NCBI GenBank assembly: GCA_030149205.1
Contig: JASBSB010000003.1
Location: forward strand, 150,001 to 182,000
DNA from: Candidatus Heimdallarchaeota archaeon
GTDB taxonomy: Archaea; Asgardarchaeota; Heimdallarchaeia; Heimdallarchaeales; Kariarchaeaceae
DNA length: 32,000 nucleotides
Reading direction: 5' to 3'
Positions 1 through 9,089 of the stretch are shown piece after piece. The notes beneath the pieces were generated by a model. It was not told the DNA's origin. It did not search any database and saw only the letters and a list, made by a program, of their open reading frames with translations. The position numbers and the translations under genes were made by a program. Positions within the stretch are counted from its first letter, which is position 1. Every line of letters begins with the position of its first letter.

Positions 1-73
1 TGCCTCTAATAGAAAGCTTTCGAACATTACCGTCTTCTTTCTCAATTTGAAAAACCGTCAATAATTCTACCAC
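1..73 (-). CDS. Possible N-terminus of a gene running off the left edge (MVELLTVFQIEKEDGNVRKLSIRG...)
   Basis: GTG at 73-71 opens a frame with no stop to base 1, divergent from the gelsolin gene. Only 24 codons are visible, so the product is unknown. Confidence 0.3.
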   Translation of the reverse strand, partial: MVELLTVFQIEKEDGNVRKLSIRG

Positions 74-212
74 TCAGTTAGAGAAATAAACACTGTTATT
101 GATTTATGATAAAGAACAAATCCAAAACAAAAGTCAGGTGTGAATTTAGAAATTTTGGGACGTGTAACCAAATGATTAATATTCTATAAGCCATTATAAA
201 TAATAGGCTAGT

Positions 213-1082
213 ATGGATATAGAATTTTATGAGGTTCTTGAAGAAGGAAACATGAACCCTAAGGATTCCTTCAATCGGGAAACTGACAAAGTGTATATTG
301 TCATTGACAACAAAAAAAGAAATATATTTCTTTGGAAAGGCTCGGCAGCAGGAGTCAGATTAAAGTTTATAGGATCTCGTGCGATGGGTGAAAAGAGACA
401 GGAACTAGGGTTCCATTATCAAATTCATGTATTAGATCAGGATGATGAAAATAATGCGTTTCTCTCTCTTTTTGATGATTCCATTGAGGATTCATCACCT
501 ACTCACCAACCTAAGATTTTTACGGTTGAGGCAGAGTCTCCCCCTAACCTTGAGGAATTAGCCAAAGCACAAGGTGTTTCAATTGAGGAAGCGACCCGAG
601 AATTTGAAGCAAATCAAGAACACCTCGAGGGAAAGGTTGCTAGTATGGGTGGAATAAGTAATCGACCAAAACGAACCTTATTAACAGAGTTGGACAGTCC
701 AGACACCATTCCAGCACCAAAGAAAGAAATACACAAGAAAAAAGAACCTCCCAAACCTCGCAGTTCTCAGAGAGACCTTGTAAAAGAAGCACAAGATATT
801 ATCAAAGAACTTGGTGACCTAAAGGGATATTCAAGAGAGATGGTTGTCATTGGTGAATTAGTCTATCGGGTAGGACAGGATGGAACAAGTCTTGAAGACT
901 TAGACACACCATTGGAAGGTATCTTCAAAGTTGATGAGTATGTTCCACGTTTGATTTGTGAATCCGGAAAAGTGAAACTAATTGAATTGCTTAAACAAAC
1001 AGGTTCATCAGATGACCTTGATGAAAAACTTACACAGAACCTCTCTGACCTAACTAGTATGTTTATGATTGAAATCGAATAA
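213..1082 (+). CDS. Gelsolin-domain protein, single gelsolin domain plus C-terminal domain (Asgard 1DGelX-like)
   Basis: The N-terminal ~90 aa (VYIVIDNKKRNIFLWKGSAAGVRLKFIG...DQDDENNAFLSLF) match the gelsolin-repeat pattern (strand-strand-W.G, helix, Q/E..E...F..LF). A Pro/Lys-rich linker follows, then a compact C-terminal domain (GYSREMVVIG...YVPRLICESGKV). Confidence 0.8.
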   Translation: MDIEFYEVLEEGNMNPKDSFNRETDKVYIVIDNKKRNIFLWKGSAAGVRLKFIGSRAMGEKRQELGFHYQIHVLDQDDENNAFLSLFDDSIEDSSPTHQPKIFTVEAESPPNLEELAKAQGVSIEEATREFEANQEHLEGKVASMGGISNRPKRTLLTELDSPDTIPAPKKEIHKKKEPPKPRSSQRDLVKEAQDIIKELGDLKGYSREMVVIGELVYRVGQDGTSLEDLDTPLEGIFKVDEYVPRLICESGKVKLIELLKQTGSSDDLDEKLTQNLSDLTSMFMIEIE

Positions 1083-1156
1083 TAATTTAACATCTAAGTA
1101 AGCTTATCATCATTTACATTAATAAATGAAGAAATATACTAATAGTATAGAGAATA

Positions 1157-1558
1157 ATGTCGGTCAGAGTAAACAAACTTATCGCTGCAGATTTAGCAAA
1201 GGAGCTTAGGTCAATCACCCAAGAAGCAAAAATAGACACTTTAGCAGTTATTACAAAAACAGGTGCAAGAGTTGCTTTCTTCACCAAATCTAGTGCTGAT
1301 GCCTCTGAATTTTCAGCAATCAGTGCATCTCTCCAAAATTCTGGCGCCTTAGCAGTCCAAAAACTTGGGTTAGGAGATACTACAGATATAATGGTAAGGG
1401 GAAAAAATGGTTTTATGATCCTCAGAAATCTAGACAGATTTATCCTAGTTGCGGGTGCAAGAAACATTGAAACTTTTACATCTAGTGCCTCGATATTGGT
1501 AAAGCATGCGCCTAAACTTAACACAATTTTAGAAAACATTCCAGATGACCAATATTAG
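1157..1558 (+). CDS. Roadblock/LC7 (MglB-like) domain protein
   Basis: 133 aa with the roadblock topology: helix, LAVITKTGARV strands, helix FSAISASL, then IMVRGKNGFMILR and FILVAG strands, ending in a helix. Confidence 0.85.
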   Translation: MSVRVNKLIAADLAKELRSITQEAKIDTLAVITKTGARVAFFTKSSADASEFSAISASLQNSGALAVQKLGLGDTTDIMVRGKNGFMILRNLDRFILVAGARNIETFTSSASILVKHAPKLNTILENIPDDQY

Positions 1559-1750
1559 CTTTTGTTTTACAAATGTGCTATAAAATCGTAAAAATGTTCA
1601 ACCATATCTCAATTAATGGTGCACTTCTAAAATATGTATGTTGTTAAAATAGATAGATTAGTTTCTTGTGCTAGAGCTTTTATTCTATTAATGTATAATG
1701 AATTATTGGCTTCTCGAGAGTGGAGAACTTAGTTTATTTTGGTGAAAACA

Positions 1751-3883
1751 ATGACAGAAAATGTTTATGATGAAACCTCAATTAAAGTCTTAGAAGGTAT
1801 TGAGGGGGTTAGAAGAAGACCTTCTATGTACATTGGTGATGTAGGTTCCAGGGGTCTTCACCATCTGGTGTTTGAGGTTGTCGACAACAGTGTTGATGAG
1901 GCAATGGCAAACAGGTGTAGCGAGGCAGAGATAATAATTTACGAGGATAACTCGATATCAGTCCGAGATGATGGGGCAGGAATACCCTCAGATATTCATC
2001 CAGAATATAAAATCTCAACCTTGGAAGTAATTCTAACAAAACTCCATTCTGGTGGAAAATTTGGTAAGAAGGCATATACTGTGTCTGGAGGTCTACATGG
2101 TGTTGGACTCTCTGTTGTAAGCGCACTAAGTGAAAAGTTCGAGGTTTTAGTTACAAGAGATAATAAGGTATATTTACAAGAATACTCAAAAGGGAAAAAA
2201 CTATGGGATGTTAAAGTTAGGGAGCAAACACCTGAAGACATTCATGGTACCATGATCAAATTCAAACCAGATCAGACGATTTTTTCGATTACTGAATTTT
2301 CCTTTGACATTTTAGCTGGAAGATTAAAGGAATTGGCTTATCTTACTCCTGGTTTTACTATAACCCTTGAGGACAGACGAGTTATTGAAACTGGTGAAAA
2401 TGGTGAACCTAAATTTAAAAAAGTTACATATAGGTTTGATGGTGGACTCAGAAGCTTTATACAGGATACAATTGTAAATAGAAAGAAAATTGAAGTTGAA
2501 GCTGACATTTTTGTGGTAAATGGTTCTCAAAACGGAGTGATGGTTGATATTGCTCTGACTTATACGGACACATTTCAAGAATTATTAAGGGGGTATGTAA
2601 ATAATATTAACACCACTGAAGGTGGAACTCATATCTCTGGATTTAAAACCGCCTTAACCAGAACAATCAATGATTTTGCGAGAGAAAACAAATTACTAAA
2701 GGATGGAGAGGATAACCTGAGGGGAGATGACTCTAGAGAGGGAATCGTTGCAGTAATTTCTGTAAAAGTTCCTGAACCACAGTTTGAGGGTCAGACTAAA
2801 ACAAAACTTGGCAATTCAGAAGTTGATGGGATTGTTCAGGGAGTATTTGGGAAAGCGTTTAAAAATTTCTTAAGCGAAAATGTAAATTATGGAAAAGCTA
2901 TAGTACAGAAGGCAGTCCTATCAAGAAGAGCCAGAATGGCTGCACAAAAGGCAAGAGATCTAATTCGGAAGAATAACTCAAAGAAAGTCTCTCTTCCCGG
3001 TAAGTTAATTGCATCTCGAGAAAAAGATCCGATGAAAAGAGAATTGTTTTTAGTAGAAGGTCAATCTGCAGGAGGTACTGCTGTAGAGGCCAGAAACGCG
3101 GAAAATCAGGAAATTTTATTTCTCAGAGGTAAAGTTCTTAATGTCGAAAAGGCTCGATTATCAAAAGTTTTAGATAATCAGGAAATTAGAAATATTATCA
3201 CTGCTATTGGGACTGATATAGATGAACGATTTGACATTTCAAATTTAAGGTATGGTAAAATTATCATTCTCACAGATGCAGATGTTGATGGTTTACACAT
3301 TGCAACATTACTTTTAACTTTATTCTATAGGCATATGCCTGGCCTCATAGAAGATGGATACATCTATGTTTCAAGACCCCCTCTCTTTAGATTAACATTT
3401 CTTGGTAAAAGCTCCAAAGTTTACGGCAAGCCATATACTTACCTTGTCTCTGAAAAAGACCTCGATACCATGTTAACAAGTGCTAAGGATATGGATATTG
3501 AAATGAAAGATGTCTCAATATCTAGGTTCAAGGGTTTGGGTGAAATGAATGCAGAACAACTGGAAGAAACTGTTATGGATGTACTCACAAGAAAATTGGA
3601 ACGAGTGATTGTTCCAAATTTTCAGGATGCAGAAACTTGGATAACAAGATTAATGGGTGACGATATACAAGGACGGAAGAAATTTATCAATCAAGAAGTT
3701 TTTGCAAATGAAACCGAAAACATTGAAGGTGAATTTTTTAATTCGGTTTTTAATAAGGTCGAAGAAGAGGAAACCCTGGAATTGTACAATGATGAGATTG
3801 ATGAGATTGAAAATCGTGAACTTTCAAAGGATGAAGAACTGGTTGCACTTCTTGAGGACTGGGCCCAAGAACCACACTTTTAG
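1751..3883 (+). CDS. gyrB: DNA gyrase subunit B
   Basis: Motifs SIKVLEGIEGVRRRPSMYIG, EVVDNSVDE, DDGAG, LHSGGKF, SGGLHGVGLSVV, PQFEGQTKTKLGN, TDADVDG and RFKGLGEM. The ATG at 1751 is preferred over the upstream TTG because GGTGA (1741-1745) is a ribosome-binding site. Adjacent to gyrA. Confidence 0.96.
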   Translation: MTENVYDETSIKVLEGIEGVRRRPSMYIGDVGSRGLHHLVFEVVDNSVDEAMANRCSEAEIIIYEDNSISVRDDGAGIPSDIHPEYKISTLEVILTKLHSGGKFGKKAYTVSGGLHGVGLSVVSALSEKFEVLVTRDNKVYLQEYSKGKKLWDVKVREQTPEDIHGTMIKFKPDQTIFSITEFSFDILAGRLKELAYLTPGFTITLEDRRVIETGENGEPKFKKVTYRFDGGLRSFIQDTIVNRKKIEVEADIFVVNGSQNGVMVDIALTYTDTFQELLRGYVNNINTTEGGTHISGFKTALTRTINDFARENKLLKDGEDNLRGDDSREGIVAVISVKVPEPQFEGQTKTKLGNSEVDGIVQGVFGKAFKNFLSENVNYGKAIVQKAVLSRRARMAAQKARDLIRKNNSKKVSLPGKLIASREKDPMKRELFLVEGQSAGGTAVEARNAENQEILFLRGKVLNVEKARLSKVLDNQEIRNIITAIGTDIDERFDISNLRYGKIIILTDADVDGLHIATLLLTLFYRHMPGLIEDGYIYVSRPPLFRLTFLGKSSKVYGKPYTYLVSEKDLDTMLTSAKDMDIEMKDVSISRFKGLGEMNAEQLEETVMDVLTRKLERVIVPNFQDAETWITRLMGDDIQGRKKFINQEVFANETENIEGEFFNSVFNKVEEEETLELYNDEIDEIENRELSKDEELVALLEDWAQEPHF

Positions 3884-3893
3884 AGGGATTTAG

Positions 3894-6563
3894 ATGGCAG
3901 TAAGTGAAGAATTTATAAAAGAAATATCAATTACCGATGAGTTAAGGAATGGGTTTGGAGAATATGCAAGGTACGTGATAGAAGACCGAGCACTCCCAGA
4001 TGCTAGAGATGGATTAAAACCTGTTCATCGAAGAATAATTTATGCAATGAATGAGCTTGGTGTAACATACAGGTCTAAGCATAAAAAATGTGCAAGAATT
4101 GTTGGTGAGGTAACAGGAAAATACCATCCCCATGCTGGAGGTACTTATGAAACTCTCGTTAGATTGGGACAGACCTGGTCACTAAGATACCCTCTAGTCG
4201 ATGCTCAAGGAAATTTTGGAAGTATCGATGGTTTTCCACCTGCAGCAATGAGATATACAGAAGCAAGACTCTCCCGTATTGCAGATACATTACTTACAGA
4301 TTTATCACCAAAAGTTGTAAAATATATTGATAATTTTGATGGAGAAGAGACAGAACCAGTTGTTTTACCTGTTCGTGTCCCTCACCTTTTGTTGAACGGG
4401 ACAAAGGGGATAGCAGTTGCAATGTCTTCGAATATTCCCCCACATAATCTTACAGAATTGTTAGATGCTTGTATGGCAATAATTGACAGACCAAGTATTA
4501 CTATCTCTGAGTTGACGGATATTGTAAAAGGCCCAGACTTTCCTACAGGAGGTAAAATCATTGGGACGAAAGGAATTGAAGAGCTATATAGCAAAGGTAA
4601 GGGAAGTTTAACTGTCAGATCAAAAGTCCATGTTGAATCTCCTGACACCCATAAAGTTAGACACACAATGTTAGTGGTCGATGAGATCCCATATTTTGTA
4701 AACAAGGCCTCATTAGTGGAAGAAATTGCAGAACTAATCAACTCGGATAGATTACGAGGTGTTTCAAATGTCAGAGACTTATCTAAAAAGGAAATTAGAA
4801 TAGAAGTTATTTTAGAACCAGGTTATGAAGATGAAGGATCAATTAAGACGATCAAAGCCCAACTATATAAGAAAACACAGCTTCAAACTTATTTTCATGC
4901 AAGGACATTAGCTTTTGTATACGGGAAACCTAGAATATTAAATTTAAAACAGGCATTAGCTGTGTTCTTAGATTTTAGAGATCAAATCATAAAAAGGAGA
5001 GCGGAAGAGGAGCTAGAAAAGGTTTTAGCTAGATTACATGTTCTTGAGGGGTTAATTATTGCCTCCAATAATATCGATGCAATAATAAAGATGATTAGAG
5101 AATCTGAAAGTAGAAGAGATGCCCATGACAACCTTAAGAAAAATTATGGACTTTCAGATATTCAAGCAAAGGCAGTCTTGGATATGACTCTTGCCAGACT
5201 TGCAAAGGTCGAACAAAGTGAACTCTTTAATGAGGCAGAGGACAGAAGATCAAGGGCTGAGTATCTCGAATTAGTTATTACAAACCGAGAAGAACGGCTA
5301 AAAATAATGAAAGAGGAGTTGGAGGATGTAAAAAATAAATATGGGGACAAGAGAAGAACTGAAATTCTTGAATTTGATGAAATAGGACATAAAGGTGAAA
5401 GGTCTCTGCTCCATGAAAGGTCTCTGCTTATTAGCAGTACAAGTCTTGGATATGTACGAACCATAGATTTTGACAAATTTAAAGTTCAGGGAAGAGGAGG
5501 AGTAGGAGTGATAGGTTTACCGCTGAGTGAAGGAGAAAAACTACTAGATCTTGTAATAGCCTCCAACAAAGATGAACTTTTACTTATCACCAGAGAAGGG
5601 TTGGTTCACAAATTACCTGCATTTGAGTTAATTGAAGTCCAAAAAAGAACTCAAAAGGGTAGAAAGCTTCAATCAATAATTCCTGTTACATCTGAGGTTG
5701 TTAAAATTGTTCCAGTACAACACGATGGTTTTACGAGTGATAGAATTTTAGTTACGGTAACCAAAAAAGGAATTATCAAACGAACCACTTTAGACAAGTT
5801 TGGTGGAATTCGAAAAACAGGGATTAAATGTCTTAAATTCAAGTCAGAAGATGATAAAGTCGCTGATGCATTTGTTACTGATGGAGACTCATATATTTTC
5901 ATTGCTACAAAAATGGGTAGTGCAGGTCTCTTTGAGGAAAAAAATGCCAGTCTAACTGGTAGAGTGGCTCAAGGTGTGATTGGATTAAAACTTCGTGAGG
6001 GTGATGAGGTTATTTCTGCTTTTCCAATTTCAAAAGAAGAATTTGAGAATATATCAATTTTGACTGTCACGGTCAAAGGATATGGAAAAAGAACTGAAGC
6101 AACCAAGTATAGAGTGACAAATCGTGGAGTTTTTGGTGTGAGAAATATAAAAATCACCAAGAAAAATAGCTATGCGGTTTCTGCATTGCCAGTACCGATT
6201 TCTGGTGACGACACAACCATATCGTTACTTAACTCATCTGGAAAACTTATCAAAGTTAGTGTTGATGGAATTCGTATCATGGGTAGATCGACACAAGGAG
6301 TTCGCGTTATGAGATTACCACGTGGGGCAACACTAGAATTAGCATCACAAATTGTTGATGAGTCTGGAGTTGATGAATCCGAGGATAGTCCTGAACTACT
6401 TGAAGAAGAGGTGGATGATGAAACCGCTGATGAGTTAGATGATGAAGTGTTAGATGATGATGAAGACTCTGAGGATGAAGAACTTGATGATTCAGAAGAT
6501 GATGATGAAGACCTTGAAGAAGAAGAACCTGAGGACTCAGATGATGATGAGGGTTTTGAGTAG
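3894..6563 (+). CDS. gyrA: DNA gyrase subunit A
   Basis: Motifs RALPDARDGLKPVHRRI, GNFGSIDG, catalytic AAMRYTE, NIPPHNL, GPDFPTG, a GyrA-box-like QGRGGVG, a beta-pinwheel C-terminal domain and an acidic tail. Confidence 0.95.
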   Translation: MAVSEEFIKEISITDELRNGFGEYARYVIEDRALPDARDGLKPVHRRIIYAMNELGVTYRSKHKKCARIVGEVTGKYHPHAGGTYETLVRLGQTWSLRYPLVDAQGNFGSIDGFPPAAMRYTEARLSRIADTLLTDLSPKVVKYIDNFDGEETEPVVLPVRVPHLLLNGTKGIAVAMSSNIPPHNLTELLDACMAIIDRPSITISELTDIVKGPDFPTGGKIIGTKGIEELYSKGKGSLTVRSKVHVESPDTHKVRHTMLVVDEIPYFVNKASLVEEIAELINSDRLRGVSNVRDLSKKEIRIEVILEPGYEDEGSIKTIKAQLYKKTQLQTYFHARTLAFVYGKPRILNLKQALAVFLDFRDQIIKRRAEEELEKVLARLHVLEGLIIASNNIDAIIKMIRESESRRDAHDNLKKNYGLSDIQAKAVLDMTLARLAKVEQSELFNEAEDRRSRAEYLELVITNREERLKIMKEELEDVKNKYGDKRRTEILEFDEIGHKGERSLLHERSLLISSTSLGYVRTIDFDKFKVQGRGGVGVIGLPLSEGEKLLDLVIASNKDELLLITREGLVHKLPAFELIEVQKRTQKGRKLQSIIPVTSEVVKIVPVQHDGFTSDRILVTVTKKGIIKRTTLDKFGGIRKTGIKCLKFKSEDDKVADAFVTDGDSYIFIATKMGSAGLFEEKNASLTGRVAQGVIGLKLREGDEVISAFPISKEEFENISILTVTVKGYGKRTEATKYRVTNRGVFGVRNIKITKKNSYAVSALPVPISGDDTTISLLNSSGKLIKVSVDGIRIMGRSTQGVRVMRLPRGATLELASQIVDESGVDESEDSPELLEEEVDDETADELDDEVLDDDEDSEDEELDDSEDDDEDLEEEEPEDSDDDEGFE
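5396..5428 (+). repeat. Perfect 15-bp direct repeat with 18-nt period inside gyrA (encodes ERSLL-H-ERSLL)
   Basis: TGAAAGGTCTCTGCT at 5396-5410 and 5414-5428. Confidence 0.9.
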
Positions 6564-6686
6564 AGTCACATTACATTAAATAGATCAGAATAAGTTCCAA
6601 TTCAAAGTATTATTAGTTTAAAGAAATTTTATAGATTATAATTACTCTTAAGATAAATCTAAAAACAAATTAGCAGAAGTTACATT

Positions 6687-7598
6687 ATGATTGGTAAGCG
6701 AATTGATCAGTGGTTTCAACCTAAGAAGATATATGATGCACATTGTCATTTTTTTACATATTCCGGACTATTACAAAGGGCATCAAAACAATCTGAAGAA
6801 AAACCTGAGGAGTTAATCAAAAAGTTCAGTGAAAGAATTAATACCCCTATTACACTTCCTCCGAAGGATGATAAAGAATTTTTACAAATATGGATTGATG
6901 AATTAGATAGAAACAATGTTGATAAGGTTGTGACACTCCCAGACTGGAATATGGATGAATTTGTGAGATTAGGGATGAGTGAGTATCCAGACAGGTTTAT
7001 TCCATTTCTGATGATAGACCCAAGAGAAAAAGGGGTTGTTGATCTACTTGAGACTGCGTATTCTGACTTCAATCTTAAAGGAATTAAGTTATACCCCCCT
7101 ATTCACTACTACCATGCTTTTGACCCAATGTTGGATCAAATTTATGAATTTATAAATGATCACAGATTGATTATTACTTATCACATGGGGATATCAATTG
7201 GAAGTCAAGCTGATTTAAGATACATGAACCCATCAGATGTCTCCCCTGTTGCTCGAGAGAATCCACATACAAATTTTTTGTTTGCACATTTTGCAACTGG
7301 TTATCTGAAGGAGCTTTTATTTCTAATGTACCATCTTGATAACATTTATGCAGAAACAAGCAGCAGTAATAAGTGGATGGAATACCTTCCTTACCAAATA
7401 AACCTAATTGATGTGTTCAAGAGGGTAATAGATGTTAAAGGAGTTGAAAAACTTATCTTTGGAACTGATTCTACCCATTTCCCAAGAGGGTGGCGACAAG
7501 CGATCTTTCAGAATCAATTAAGTGTTTGTAATCAATTGGGGCTGAAACAGGAAGAAATTGATAAAATTTTTTATGGGAATTTGGAAAGACTGATCTGA
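6687..7598 (+). CDS. Amidohydrolase family protein (amidohydro_2 type TIM barrel)
   Basis: Metal-ligand motifs IYDAHCH, GIKLYP, YHMG, AHF and LIFGTDS. Substrate unknown. Confidence 0.85.
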   Translation: MIGKRIDQWFQPKKIYDAHCHFFTYSGLLQRASKQSEEKPEELIKKFSERINTPITLPPKDDKEFLQIWIDELDRNNVDKVVTLPDWNMDEFVRLGMSEYPDRFIPFLMIDPREKGVVDLLETAYSDFNLKGIKLYPPIHYYHAFDPMLDQIYEFINDHRLIITYHMGISIGSQADLRYMNPSDVSPVARENPHTNFLFAHFATGYLKELLFLMYHLDNIYAETSSSNKWMEYLPYQINLIDVFKRVIDVKGVEKLIFGTDSTHFPRGWRQAIFQNQLSVCNQLGLKQEEIDKIFYGNLERLI

Positions 7599-7617
7599 TA
7601 ATCTTAAATTTGTTCTA

Positions 7618-8925
7618 CTAGATCTTGTGAAGAATAGAGTCCAAGATGGAGACAGCTTTCAAAAGATCATCATTTTCAACATTTAATATCGGTCTAAACC
7701 TGATGGAGTTTACACCTGACTTTAATATTAATAATTTTTCTTTTAGGGCTTGATTGACAACCTTATTTCGAAGTTCTGTGGAACCAAGGTCGAAAGCTGC
7801 CATTAAACCTTTATTTCGGACATTGCTGACCTGGGTTGAGTGATCATTTTCCATATCAAGTAGTGCTTTTTTGAGAACTTCACCCTTTTTGTTTACATTT
7901 TCAATGATTTTGTTTGCCATAATGTGTTCGATGTAATGTGTTGACCTTACCATATCAACCAAATTTCCACCCCAGGTTGAATTTATTCTGGACTCTTCAT
8001 GAAATACGTTCTTATCTACTTCATCAATTCTTTTAGTGCTAAAGATGCCACAGACCTGTGCTTTTTTACCAAAAGCAACTAAATCAGGTGTAGATTTTTC
8101 ATCATATTCAAATGCCCATCTTTTCCCGGTTAATCCCATTCCAGTTTGTACTTCATCATAGATGAGCATGATCTCATTTTGATCAGCTACCTCTCTTAAC
8201 TTTCTGAGGAACTCTGGTCTGAAATGGTTGTCACCACCTTCTCCTTGGATTGGTTCAATAATTATTGAACTAATAGGATCCTGACTAGTTTCGATTGCTG
8301 AATGGATTTCCTGAAGAGATTTCTTCTCTAAATTTTCGACCAGCTCCTGATTTTGTTCATTCAAGGGAAAACTGATTTTTGGGTTTGTCACCCTTGGCCA
8401 GTCAAATTTTGGAAAGTACAAATATTTTCTAGGATCAGCAGTGTTTGTTAAGGAGAGTGTGTATCCTGAACGTCCGTGAAATGCCTCTTTAAAATGGATC
8501 ACTTTTGTATTTTCATTGCCACCAGTCTTTCTTGCCTTCCAATCAAAGGCTGCTTTTAAAGCATTTTCAACTGCAAGCGTTCCACCAGAGATAAGAAATA
8601 GATAGGGAAAGTTCTTAGGAACCATTTTTGAGGTAAAAACGTCAACAAACCTGACAAATTGATCAGTATAGAAATCACTATTCGATATTTTATTTGTAGA
8701 AGCGATGAGTAAGTCATTTTTCACTTCTGAGGTCAACATAAAATCAGGATTCATACCTAGAGGCATTGAAGCATAAAATGACATCATATCTAAGTATTTT
8801 TCACCAGTTGCCTTGTCAAATAAGGTGGTACCTTTACTTCTCTCTAGGTCCAACAAAAGTGGGTAACCCCCAGCTAGAATATGTTGCTTAAGAATCTCAA
8901 GGTAGTTGAATTCAATTGTGTCCAT
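7618..8925 (-). CDS. lat: L-lysine 6-aminotransferase (class III PLP enzyme)
   Basis: Motifs SGGTLAVENALKAAFDWK, FHGRSGYTLSLTNT, IEPIQGEGGD, DEVQTG, FGKKAQVCG (PLP lysine) and RINSTWGGNLVDM are characteristic of the LAT subfamily. Confidence 0.85.
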   Translation of the reverse strand: MDTIEFNYLEILKQHILAGGYPLLLDLERSKGTTLFDKATGEKYLDMMSFYASMPLGMNPDFMLTSEVKNDLLIASTNKISNSDFYTDQFVRFVDVFTSKMVPKNFPYLFLISGGTLAVENALKAAFDWKARKTGGNENTKVIHFKEAFHGRSGYTLSLTNTADPRKYLYFPKFDWPRVTNPKISFPLNEQNQELVENLEKKSLQEIHSAIETSQDPISSIIIEPIQGEGGDNHFRPEFLRKLREVADQNEIMLIYDEVQTGMGLTGKRWAFEYDEKSTPDLVAFGKKAQVCGIFSTKRIDEVDKNVFHEESRINSTWGGNLVDMVRSTHYIEHIMANKIIENVNKKGEVLKKALLDMENDHSTQVSNVRNKGLMAAFDLGSTELRNKVVNQALKEKLLILKSGVNSIRFRPILNVENDDLLKAVSILDSILHKI

Positions 8926-9089
8926 ATTATTACAATATCTTTGTGAGATGTTAAATATTTGGATTAGAATAATTAAAATTTAATTAATCCAAAGGATTGA
9001 AGTACTGATTTGATAAGGATAATATTGATTTAAAGTGTTATAATAACAACAATTCTTGGGCGTTTTGATAATTTTCATGATAGGAGGAG

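Noticed and set aside
560-770. WH2-like actin-binding motif in the gelsolin linker
   Set aside because: No convincing helix plus LKK(T/V) motif; the segment is merely Pro/Lys-rich.
1751-6563. Topoisomerase IV (parE/parC) instead of gyrase
   Set aside because: The B-then-A order, a full pinwheel CTD with a GyrA-box-like motif and an acidic tail favour gyrase, although activity may be atypical.
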